Shown here: positions 28,021 through 36,477 of the stretch, one piece after another
Layout of the letters: every line of letters starts with the position of its first letter
How positions within the stretch are numbered: the first letter of the stretch is position 1
Assembly: GCA_033809015.1 (NCBI GenBank)
Contig: JAPXMM010000002.1
Coordinates: 1-47,104 of the forward strand
Direction of reading: 5' to 3'
Origin: Bacteroidales bacterium
Lineage (GTDB): Bacteria > Bacteroidota > Bacteroidia > Bacteroidales > DTU049
DNA length: 47,104 nucleotides
Position numbers and translations under genes: made by a program
Notes under the pieces: generated by a model
What the model was told of the DNA's origin: nothing
The model's database searches: none
Seen by the model: the letters and a program-made list of their open reading frames with translations, nothing else

Positions 28021-28602
28021 TTATACCGATTGTTGTGAGTTAATGCTTTTTCTTAATTCTTTAGGTAAAAACATATCAATTTCTTCATCGCTAAAGGTTA
28101 ACTCTTCTTTAGATTTCAAAGACTTACTTGCTTTATCATATGCACCACTAGTCGAACGTGGAGCTCCTTGATAAATATTATGCAATTTGCTTTGCAACTC
28201 ATCCCTTTTCTGTATTATTTCATCAATAGTTATTGCATTTGCCTTTATATCAGTCAATAAAGAAAGATATGTTTCTCTAATATTCCAAAGATTTGATGCA
28301 CAATCAACGTGCTTTTGTGCAATTTGACCTAAATCATAATTTTTTAAATATGTATTTAAAGACAAAAGGATAGTTGAAATTAGTGCTGTAATAATCCCGA
28401 CCCATTTCTGATCACCAAAAACACTAACCATAATTCCAGTTGTGGTAATTGCTGATAGAACAATTTGTAAAATTTTAATCTTATTATTTCTACGATTTAA
28501 AATATCAGCACACTTTTCTTGAGTCTTATGTGACCAAGCAACACGTCCAAAGCATTCTCTTATCTGAGATTCTATGATGCTAATTTGGGAATTTTGTTCC
28601 AT
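28021..28602 (-). CDS. SLATT-domain 2TM effector-like protein
   Basis: An N-terminal helix (IRECFGRVAWSHKTQEKCADIL...) is followed by two adjacent TM helices (ILQIVLSAITTTGIMVSVF / WVGIITALISTILLSLNTYL) and a helical C-terminal region ending in TFSDEEIDMFLP. This is the remembered SLATT layout. I chose the start at 28602 (MEQNSQ), which has GGAGAG 7 nt upstream and gives a 23-nt overlap with the upstream gene. Confidence 0.7.
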   Translation of the reverse strand: MEQNSQISIIESQIRECFGRVAWSHKTQEKCADILNRRNNKIKILQIVLSAITTTGIMVSVFGDQKWVGIITALISTILLSLNTYLKNYDLGQIAQKHVDCASNLWNIRETYLSLLTDIKANAITIDEIIQKRDELQSKLHNIYQGAPRSTSGAYDKASKSLKSKEELTFSDEEIDMFLPKELRKSINSQQSV

Positions 28603-29461
28603 ATATTTCTCTCCATTTCTTTTTTGCTTCAACAGACGCATTGTTTTGGTTTTCAATTGCTTCTAAAGAAATATTATAACATCTGTTAGCTTTATATTCA
28701 AACGAACCTTTTCGATTAACTGATTGATTGCTTCCTAGTGCATGCCAATATCTTTGTGCTGTATTCTGTTCTGATAAATATTTAAAAAAATCCCGTGACA
28801 TCCAATCATAATAAAATGTAGATTTATCTTTATGCTCGTAATTTTCCAAGAAATTATAAACCAATGTGTCTATTAATAAGCCTCCCATTGGAACATCCCA
28901 TTTATATTTCCAAGCTCTTGCCATTCGACATAAAGCCTTCATATTTCCTTTAGTTGCATTATTTCTGTCATTAACAGCTTTTATTTCGAGGCGGGGGTCT
29001 GTTTTTTTCCAACTACCTCCATTATTTGTGTCAGGAAATGTAAAACTACCATCAGTATTCTCAAAACATGGTACAAGTTCAAAATTTATATCGTCATTAA
29101 AAAGTATTTGAATTACTTGACCGTCAGCTTTAAGATATGTTTTTGAGTAAGTTTTTTCGATTGATTGTTTTACTGCCTGTAATAACGCAGATTGTCCATT
29201 ATTTAGATGTTTGTCATATTGCAATTTAAGTCTAGATGGCAACATGAAAATCCAATCTATATCACTTGTTACAATATCAGTGTCCCTGCCGTATGAACCA
29301 ACATATAAACTATTTCTAGTCTCACTATTAATATTCCAAAAATCAAGATTTAATTGTTTGGTCATTCGATTGTATCTGCATCTAATCTTATCAACTTTGT
29401 CCTTTTCTATTTTTAGATTATCAACAAAGCTTTGAAATGTTTTTTCTACATTTAATACCAT
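28580..29461 (-). CDS. SMODS-type nucleotidyltransferase (CD-NTase-like second-messenger synthase candidate)
   Basis: Pol-beta NTase signature GSYGRDTDIVTSDIDWIF (GS...DxD) and a third acidic position in INFELVPC. The downstream W..TDP...........G....L.R.AK.WK pattern is typical of SMODS. Confidence 0.8.
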   Translation of the reverse strand: MVLNVEKTFQSFVDNLKIEKDKVDKIRCRYNRMTKQLNLDFWNINSETRNSLYVGSYGRDTDIVTSDIDWIFMLPSRLKLQYDKHLNNGQSALLQAVKQSIEKTYSKTYLKADGQVIQILFNDDINFELVPCFENTDGSFTFPDTNNGGSWKKTDPRLEIKAVNDRNNATKGNMKALCRMARAWKYKWDVPMGGLLIDTLVYNFLENYEHKDKSTFYYDWMSRDFFKYLSEQNTAQRYWHALGSNQSVNRKGSFEYKANRCYNISLEAIENQNNASVEAKKKWREIYGTKFPN

Positions 29462-29606
29462 GGTTTATATTCTTTTTTTTAGCAAGACGTCCAAAACGTC
29501 TTATTTACTCAACAAAAATACAACATTATATATATATAAAAAATTATTTTATTATCTAAATATAATAAATACCAAATACAAAATTTAAAATTTGTCCATA
29601 ATTTTT

Positions 29607-30140
29607 TTAAGGTGCCACATAAATAGGATATGTTGTGGCTGTAAATATTGTTCCATCAGTTTCTTTATAATCAATAGTAAAAGATTGCAAACAATTTGTG
29701 TCAGTTGGTGCTGACAGAAATATGTAAATGTATGAATTACAACGTGGATGAGAAAAATTTATAAAACTTAAATTATTTGAAAGTACTTCACCATTATAAT
29801 AACTTATTTTAAACTTTATAATATCGTTGATAGTATCTACTAATGTATCATTACCAATAAAATAATTTGCTATTACATTTAAATACTCTATGTTCCCGAC
29901 TACAGAGTCATTATAAGTACCGCATGGAGGCCATTCTCCTATATGTTTTGTGTCGAACCTAAGTGTTATTTGAAGGCTATCATATTTGCAAGTATCGTTT
30001 ATATTATAATTAATATAGTTACTCAATGATGTTGTTTCGCTTGGCCATGTGCAGTATTTATTTCCAATAGGTTTACAAGAATTTGTAAAAATAATAAATA
30101 TTAAACCTAAAATTAATAAAATAAAACATTTTATTTTCAT
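29607..30140 (-). CDS. Lipoprotein, unknown function
   Basis: Signal peptide plus lipobox (IFTNSCK). Cys-rich, with no recognisable motif. Confidence 0.6.
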   Translation of the reverse strand: MKIKCFILLILGLIFIIFTNSCKPIGNKYCTWPSETTSLSNYINYNINDTCKYDSLQITLRFDTKHIGEWPPCGTYNDSVVGNIEYLNVIANYFIGNDTLVDTINDIIKFKISYYNGEVLSNNLSFINFSHPRCNSYIYIFLSAPTDTNCLQSFTIDYKETDGTIFTATTYPIYVAP

Positions 30141-30160
30141 ATCACCACCTTGATTTTTTA

Positions 30161-31774
30161 CTATTTTCCTATAATTGAAATTTTTTGCTTGTACATTTTA
30201 TCACCAGCTTTAACACTGATAAAATATATCCCTTCTGGCTGATTTCTCATTTGAACGGTTATCTCGACATCACTGTTTTGAGAATAAGTAAATACTTTTT
30301 GCCCCAAGCTGTTGTATATTTCAATGTATTTATTTGTTTGGTCCAATGCATTATTAAATTTTATTTTAAATGTACCAGAAGATGGATTGGGAAAAACAGA
30401 AAATGCATTATCAGAAGTTAGTTGTTCAATTTGTCCAACGATATCAACGCATCCACTTTTTTCAAAAATATCCACATTCGAAATGACTGGATTAAAATAT
30501 TCAACGTTCCAAGTTGAACTTTCTGTAAAAGGAATGCTCACCAAATCTATCGTAACAGATGTTGAATTGATATTTTCTCCTCCTAAGCTACAATCTATAG
30601 AATTTCCAAGTGAATCTGCTTTTATAATTCCTATCTGTGAGGGAATGTAATATTTAGTAACGAGCAATGGTCCACTTCCAATTATAAACAGACCACTATC
30701 ACTAGTAAATGTAAAATCAGAAAGCATTAGTAAATAACTAAAGCTATTTGCTATATTTCCAGACGAATCAATTTTTAAAATATAATTATTTATATCATAA
30801 TTACTTATAACTGATAAATAATAATCTTTGTAAGAACTTTCTTTAAACTTCCCGATAAGATTAACAAAATTGTTTTCAAAATAAGAATCAGCATCAAATT
30901 GATAGCTTTTTACAATATTTCCCGAAAAATCTGTTTTCAAAATTGTTGTTTTGTCATCATATGAAGTGTAGAATAATAATCCGTCGTTTAAGATAAGAAT
31001 ATCGCCACCATAGCTCTTTGAGCCAGTGTTATCCTTTTTTAACCAATCTATATTCCCAATTGAGTCTGTTTTAAGAATTATAAACTTTTGTTTAATATGA
31101 ATTGAATCAATAAGCTCATTTATACATCCAATGGCAACAAATTCACTATCTGAAATTTGTTTAATACTCGAAAGTGCAGAAGAAACTCCTGCTGAAATTG
31201 TTTTTGTCCATTTAGTATTCCCAATAGAATCAATATTTACAATTAACATTTCAAAATGTGGATAATTAAAAAAGTTTAAATAATAATTACCATCATAATT
31301 AGTTTGATATGTATCAGTAGTAGTAAATCCCGATAATATAAAACCTTTTTCATTGGTTTGTTGAATACTTAAAGCATAATCGTTTTTACCGACATTAATC
31401 TCTTTTGTCCATAGCGTGTCACCTGAAGAATTGATTTTAACGCAAAAAATATTGGTCATAGAATCGTAAGGATTAAATAAATCGCCTGCAAAAACATAGC
31501 ACGAATCGCTTGTTACTGTAGCACAATAAAAGTCTCCCTCGTTACCATAAGTTTTGCTCCATAAAAGATTTCCATTGTCATCCAATTTAGTAATCATGGG
31601 TAAAGAGTCAAAATCGCCTCCGACAAGGAAACCGTTGTCAAGAGTATTAATAACGACATGCCCATTTATTGGAAAATAATTATCGTACAAAACCTTGGAA
31701 TACAAATTTTGTGAAGTTAATTTTGTTGCTGCTAAAATTGTAAGACATGCTAATATAATAAACGTTTTTTGCAT
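30161..31774 (-). CDS. T9SS-secreted repeat protein (beta-propeller-like repeats plus Por_Secre_tail C-terminal domain)
   Basis: Seven or more copies of a D..GN..W.K motif (DDNGNLLWSK, NSSGDTLWTK, DSIGNTKWTK, DSIGNIDWLK...). The C-terminal FSVFPNPSSGTFKI...IEIYNSLGQKV...EGIYFISV is the T9SS sorting-domain pattern. Confidence 0.8.
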   Translation of the reverse strand: MQKTFIILACLTILAATKLTSQNLYSKVLYDNYFPINGHVVINTLDNGFLVGGDFDSLPMITKLDDNGNLLWSKTYGNEGDFYCATVTSDSCYVFAGDLFNPYDSMTNIFCVKINSSGDTLWTKEINVGKNDYALSIQQTNEKGFILSGFTTTDTYQTNYDGNYYLNFFNYPHFEMLIVNIDSIGNTKWTKTISAGVSSALSSIKQISDSEFVAIGCINELIDSIHIKQKFIILKTDSIGNIDWLKKDNTGSKSYGGDILILNDGLLFYTSYDDKTTILKTDFSGNIVKSYQFDADSYFENNFVNLIGKFKESSYKDYYLSVISNYDINNYILKIDSSGNIANSFSYLLMLSDFTFTSDSGLFIIGSGPLLVTKYYIPSQIGIIKADSLGNSIDCSLGGENINSTSVTIDLVSIPFTESSTWNVEYFNPVISNVDIFEKSGCVDIVGQIEQLTSDNAFSVFPNPSSGTFKIKFNNALDQTNKYIEIYNSLGQKVFTYSQNSDVEITVQMRNQPEGIYFISVKAGDKMYKQKISIIGK

Positions 31775-31980
31775 AATTGGTTTATTTTAAATTTCAAGAC
31801 CAAATTTACGGAATTTATTTTATTATGCAGAAAATATTGTTAAATTTATTTAAATTTTAATTAACTACGTCGATATAATGCAAAATAATCATTAATATTT
31901 AAGAGTAGTGTCTATGATTGCAACTTGGTTTTACTCCAAAAATTTCCCAATTCATTTTTTGATATTATTTTGTCTGTTGT

Positions 31981-32541
31981 TTATTTTATTTGAAATGAAG
32001 TTGATTGAAGTTTTCCGTTTTCAAAAATAAAATATCTACTAAATTTGTAATCTCTTTTGAAGATTTGATCAGATAGTATATCTTTTTTAAAAAGCGTGGA
32101 ATATCTATTACAATATCTTGTTTTATAGTATTTTTCATTTATACTGAACATCGGATATTGTTTTAGTTTTGATTTATCAACCTTCAACTTTTCAATGTCG
32201 TAGTACTCTGATATTAGAAAAAAAGCAAAACCATTTTTTTCACAAAATTCTTGCACCAAATCTACAGAATAACAATATTCAGATTGGCAATTGGGCGACC
32301 AAATATACACTAATGATTTTGGTTCTTTTAAAATACAATTTCTCAATTGAGTACCATTAATTGCATATATTTTACCATCATTTTGCAAGTTGCAAATATC
32401 AAAGTCCGGTTCAGTAAAAACGATATTGTTTTTTTCTTGTTCAGGTAGCTCAGAATAACCACTATAAAATCCTGGTATTGTGGTAATAATGCAACTTGAA
32501 AAAAAGATCACTATAATAATATATACAATATTCTTACTCAT
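31981..32541 (-). CDS. Lipoprotein, possibly a degenerate thioredoxin-like fold
   Basis: Lipobox FFSSC. LVYIWSPNCQSEYC loosely recalls the WxxWCxxC position of TlpA-like proteins. The call is weak. Confidence 0.45.
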   Translation of the reverse strand: MSKNIVYIIIVIFFSSCIITTIPGFYSGYSELPEQEKNNIVFTEPDFDICNLQNDGKIYAINGTQLRNCILKEPKSLVYIWSPNCQSEYCYSVDLVQEFCEKNGFAFFLISEYYDIEKLKVDKSKLKQYPMFSINEKYYKTRYCNRYSTLFKKDILSDQIFKRDYKFSRYFIFENGKLQSTSFQIK

Positions 32542-32681
32542 ATTTTTTTATTTTTTTCAAAATTATATAATTTTGATATATATATAAAAAAAAGCAATAA
32601 TATAACTGCTTTTGAAATGATTTGTAATATTTTTTGTTGTTGACTTTGGTACGACCTATCGGACTACTCAGCCACAACTAT

Positions 32682-33010
32682 TAATGTCTGAACCACTGAT
32701 TTCCAGATGACTTGTAGTGAGCATAACCGAACTATTCGCCTGATAGACTATGATTTCAAGGATATTAGTTTAATTTAGTTATTTGTGGGCATTCGTGTTC
32801 ATTTGTGGAAAATTATTTTAAGTTTAACATAGTTTAAACATCTTGCTTAAAACCTAAAACTTCTAAACTTCTCAACTTCTAAACTCATCAACTTCTAAAC
32901 TCATCAACTTCTCCCTATCACCCCATCACCCCAGTCTCCTCCTCTCCCTTTCTCCTCGTCTCCCTTTCTCCTCGTCACCTCGTTACCCAGTCTCCCCCGT
33001 CTCCTCGTCA
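32682..33010 (+). repeat. Modular intergenic repeat, copy C: right arm bracketing the island (most complete copy)
   Basis: TAATGTCTGAACCACTGATT..GACTATGATTT..ATTTGTGGGCATTCGTGTTCATTTGTGG..TAGTTTAAACATCTTGCTTAAAACC..(CTTCTAAACTCATCAA)2..C+T-rich tail CTCCCTATCACCCCATCACCCCAGTCTCCTCCTCTCCC...CGTCTCCTCGTC. Confidence 0.8.
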
Positions 33011-33088
33011 ATTTATTATTTACTAATTAAAAGCCTATTTAAAAAAAATAATTATTTCATACCTTTGTAATTAATATTAAAAAAATTT

Positions 33089-33802
33089 ATGTCTGGTATA
33101 TTGTATTTAATTCCTAGCCCTATCGGTGATATTAAAAATGTCGATTACATTACTAAAAATGACCTTACTGCACTTTTGAAATTGAAATATTTTATTGTGG
33201 AAGAAGAGAAAACTGCTCGAGCATTTTTGCATTATTGTGGACATAGTCTCGATAGCGAAGTGGTTTTCACAGAATATAATGAGCATAATTATAAAAATTA
33301 TTTTAATAATGAATGGTTGAAATACATAAAAGCAGGGAATGATATTGGGTTGATATCTGAGGCTGGTACACCGTGTGTCGCAGATCCTGGCAGCGAAATA
33401 GTACTAACAGCTCAATTAAATAATATCGATGTTAAACCATTTACGATGCCTTCTTCTATTATTCTTGCATTGATGTCTAGTGGATTAAATGGTCAGAAAT
33501 TCACTTTTCATGGTTATCTAAATAAAAATGAAGATAAACTAAAAGGACAAATTAAATATTTTGAAAAAGAAAGTAAAAAAAGCAGATATACTCAAATTTT
33601 TATGGAGGCTCCATATCGTTCGCAAAAGGCTTTCGAAACACTAATACATACATTATATGATGATACGCTTTTGTCTGTAGCTGCTGAGCTATCTACTTCT
33701 AATCAATTTATTAAAACTAAACAAGTAAAAGCTTGGAAAAAATCACCTATAGATTTAAATAAAAAACGTTGTATATTTTTATTTCTTTCATCACACTCAT
33801 AA
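33089..33802 (+). CDS. rsmI: 16S rRNA (cytidine1402-2'-O)-methyltransferase
   Basis: GILYLIPSPIGD at the N-terminus and ISEAGTPCVADPG, of the tetrapyrrole-methylase-fold RsmI family. Confidence 0.85.
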   Translation: MSGILYLIPSPIGDIKNVDYITKNDLTALLKLKYFIVEEEKTARAFLHYCGHSLDSEVVFTEYNEHNYKNYFNNEWLKYIKAGNDIGLISEAGTPCVADPGSEIVLTAQLNNIDVKPFTMPSSIILALMSSGLNGQKFTFHGYLNKNEDKLKGQIKYFEKESKKSRYTQIFMEAPYRSQKAFETLIHTLYDDTLLSVAAELSTSNQFIKTKQVKAWKKSPIDLNKKRCIFLFLSSHS

Positions 33803-33993
33803 TGAGTGATTTAAATATAATGATTAAAATAGATGTTTAGTAAATAAATTTTTCTAAAAATTTTTGTTTTAATATATAATTTTGTTAAAAACATATTACT
33901 CTCTAAAGAATTTGGCTATTTCTGATGTATTGACTGTAATAATTTTTTAATAATTTTATTGAATATTTCAAAAAAATTAATTATATTTGTATT

Positions 33994-35478
33994 ATGAAAA
34001 AATATTTATTAATTCTTATAATTATGGTATCAAATTTATTTACAAATGGACAAAATATTAGAAAGCCGATAGTACAAGGTACATTCTATCCTAATAATGA
34101 GCTAGAACTAAAAAATCAAATAGCAAATTGGTATAAAGCATATCAACCGACTAATTATTCTAAATCTATAAGAGCCCTGATAGTGCCACATGCTGGCTAT
34201 GTTTTTAGTGGATCTGTAGCAGCTAGAGCATATGCTCAGTTAGAACCATCAGCTAAATATAAGAATGTTTTTCTCATTGGTAGAAGTCATCAAGGTTATT
34301 TCAGTGGTGCTTCGATATATCCATCTGGTGCTTTTACAAATGTTTTAGGAGAAGTGCAAGTAAATGATACTATTTGTGATGAATTGCTTAAATACAAAAT
34401 TTTTTCTCAACCTAGTCATTATCATGATAATGAACACGCTATAGAAGTGCAACTACCTTTCTTGCAATTACGCTTGGCTGCAGGTTTTAGGATTATTCCT
34501 ATTCTGGTAGGCACAGAGAATACAACTATATTAGATGAGATAGCTTCTATTTTGAAAAAATATTTCACTGCAGACAATCTTTTCGTAATTAGTACAGATT
34601 TATCTCATTATCCTTCTTATAAAGATGCTATTATCTCAGATAGTTTAACTGTAGCAGCTATCACTACTGGTGATCCCTACAAATTTATGGCAGCTGTGAA
34701 TGATATTGAGATGAGTGGTAAATACGATAACTTATCAACTGCTGCCTGTGGTGCTGCAGCAGTATATGTACTTTTGAAAATCATTGAAAAAGAGCCATAT
34801 GAAGTTAAAAAAATCTTCACTGCTAATAGTGGAGATGTATCTGGAGATAAATCTAGAGTGGTCGGATATGCTAGTCTAATAGTCATTCCTAAAGATACTA
34901 AATCTGAAATAAAAAATCAATCAGCAGATTCTGAGTTTACACTTACTGAGGAAGAAAAAGAATTTCTTAAAGATTTAGCTTTTAAAAGTATAAAGTATGG
35001 ACTAACTTATCATACATATCCGAAAGTAAAAATTCCAGATTGGCCTGGATTACATGCTAATTGTGGTGTATTTGTTACTATCAATAAACGTGGCAGACTT
35101 AGAGGTTGCATAGGTACATTCAGACAAGATAAACCTTTGTGGCAGAATGTTATGGAAATGGCTCAGAGTGCAGCTTTCAATGATCCACGTTTTTCACCAC
35201 TCAGTTTTGATGAATTAAATGAAATCGATATAGAAATCAGTGTACTCACACCGCTTAAGCAGATAAAGTCTATTGATGAAATTCAGCTAGGTAAACATGG
35301 CATTTATATTAAAAAAGGATTGCGTAGCGGCACATTTTTACCACAGGTAGCTACTGAAACTGGATGGACATTAGAAGAATTTCTGGGTCATTGTGCTCAA
35401 GACAAAGCTGGCATTGGTTATTATGGATGGAAAGATCCAGATACTGAAATTTATATTTACGAAGCCATAGTTTTTTAA
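33994..35478 (+). CDS. Fusion of AmmeMemoRadiSam system protein B (Memo-like) and protein A (AMMECR1), with an N-terminal signal peptide
   Basis: LIVPHAGYVFSGSVAARAY (Memo motif) in the N-terminal half and GVFVTINKRGRLRGCIGTF (AMMECR1 motif) in the C-terminal half. The N-terminus MKKYLLILIIMVSNLFTNGQ looks like a Sec signal. Confidence 0.85.
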   Translation: MKKYLLILIIMVSNLFTNGQNIRKPIVQGTFYPNNELELKNQIANWYKAYQPTNYSKSIRALIVPHAGYVFSGSVAARAYAQLEPSAKYKNVFLIGRSHQGYFSGASIYPSGAFTNVLGEVQVNDTICDELLKYKIFSQPSHYHDNEHAIEVQLPFLQLRLAAGFRIIPILVGTENTTILDEIASILKKYFTADNLFVISTDLSHYPSYKDAIISDSLTVAAITTGDPYKFMAAVNDIEMSGKYDNLSTAACGAAAVYVLLKIIEKEPYEVKKIFTANSGDVSGDKSRVVGYASLIVIPKDTKSEIKNQSADSEFTLTEEEKEFLKDLAFKSIKYGLTYHTYPKVKIPDWPGLHANCGVFVTINKRGRLRGCIGTFRQDKPLWQNVMEMAQSAAFNDPRFSPLSFDELNEIDIEISVLTPLKQIKSIDEIQLGKHGIYIKKGLRSGTFLPQVATETGWTLEEFLGHCAQDKAGIGYYGWKDPDTEIYIYEAIVF

Positions 35479-35581
35479 ACTATTATTTAAAATAGGCGTT
35501 TGGTAAAAAAAGATGCAATAAATATTTTTGCAATAATAGAATACGCAAATATTAATTATTAGCTCGAATTAATACCGTATT

Positions 35582-35669
35582 GGGAAATGATTTGCTATAA
35601 AACACATCGTAGGGGCGTATAATTATACGCCCCTACATATTATTGCGTAGTTTTATCAAATCATTTCCC
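35582..35669. repeat. Nested palindromic element between convergent genes (possible bidirectional terminator or REP/MITE-like unit)
   Basis: Perfect 28-nt palindrome GTAGGGGCGTATAATTATACGCCCCTAC (35609-35636). It is flanked by outer arms GGGAAATGATTTGCTATAAAAC (35582-35603) and GTTTTATCAAATCATTTCCC (35650-35669), complementary apart from a 2-nt indel. Confidence 0.75.
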
Positions 35670-35824
35670 CAGCGGAGACTTTTCTCGTATGTCTATTTAA
35701 TGAAACAATATAGTGATTTTTTTAAAATAAATCAAATTATATTCTTAAAAAATATAATTACTATTTATACATTCACAATAATATTGAGTTAATAATTAAA
35801 CACCTAATTCTTTAAAATTATTTT

Positions 35825-36382
35825 CTACAAATTTATTAAGGTCATAATTATACAAACGACTCCATTAATGAAATAAAATATTGAAGACATGATATAAAAT
35901 ATTTTAATAGAGCCCAATCTATTCACCTGCTTGCCTGCATATGCACCAATAAATAAGAATAGCAAGATAAATATTATTGTGTACAACATCGATCTATATA
36001 TATTAGCAAACATATAACTAACAGACAAAGCAGCTAAAAATGATTCGAAACTCAACGATAATGACATCATAAGTACTGTCTTAAATTTATTCAAATCTAC
36101 TATTAATTCACTTAATTTGCCTTTAGCTATACTGAAATACATCCTAACAGCTAAAAATAGAAATAGAATTATACTTATTATACCAGGGTTGAAAGATAAA
36201 GTAATCATCGTAGCCAATCCTAATTTGTAACCTAAAAAGTACATCAACATTGATACTATTGCAAAAATCAAATTCACCATTACAATTTGTGCATTCGATT
36301 TGAAAACTAATGCATGTCTATACGATGTAGCCATTAAAAAAAATCCAAGACTGATGCTTGCTAAGATAGGAATTATGTCCAT
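35825..36382 (-). CDS. Polytopic membrane protein (about 6 TM; size and topology resemble MntP/DUF204, unverified)
   Basis: 185 aa, hydrophobic throughout, with two similar halves. I see no diagnostic motif. Confidence 0.5.
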   Translation of the reverse strand: MDIIPILASISLGFFLMATSYRHALVFKSNAQIVMVNLIFAIVSMLMYFLGYKLGLATMITLSFNPGIISIILFLFLAVRMYFSIAKGKLSELIVDLNKFKTVLMMSLSLSFESFLAALSVSYMFANIYRSMLYTIIFILLFLFIGAYAGKQVNRLGSIKIFYIMSSIFYFINGVVCIIMTLINL

Positions 36383-36477
36383 ATTTTTTTCTTTATTTAC
36401 AAAAATACTAAAAAATCGGCTTTATTTATTGATATCTTTTTTTAAATTTTGCATAATATTTTTGTTATCACTAATAA

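Noticed and set aside
28603-28656. The longer N-terminal extension of the SLATT ORF (MKTKTMRLLKQKRNGEKY...).
   Set aside because: It would overlap the SMODS gene by 77 nt. The internal ATG at 28602 has a GGAGAG element upstream and still precedes all conserved SLATT features. The choice remains uncertain.
13640-33010. Reading the repeated CTCGTCACC/GTCTCC blocks as a CRISPR array or as coding collagen-like repeats.
   Set aside because: There is no regular repeat-spacer periodicity and no constant repeat of 24 nt or more. The units are 7-9 nt, imperfect and contiguous, no cas genes are present, and the blocks are intergenic and occur in both orientations.
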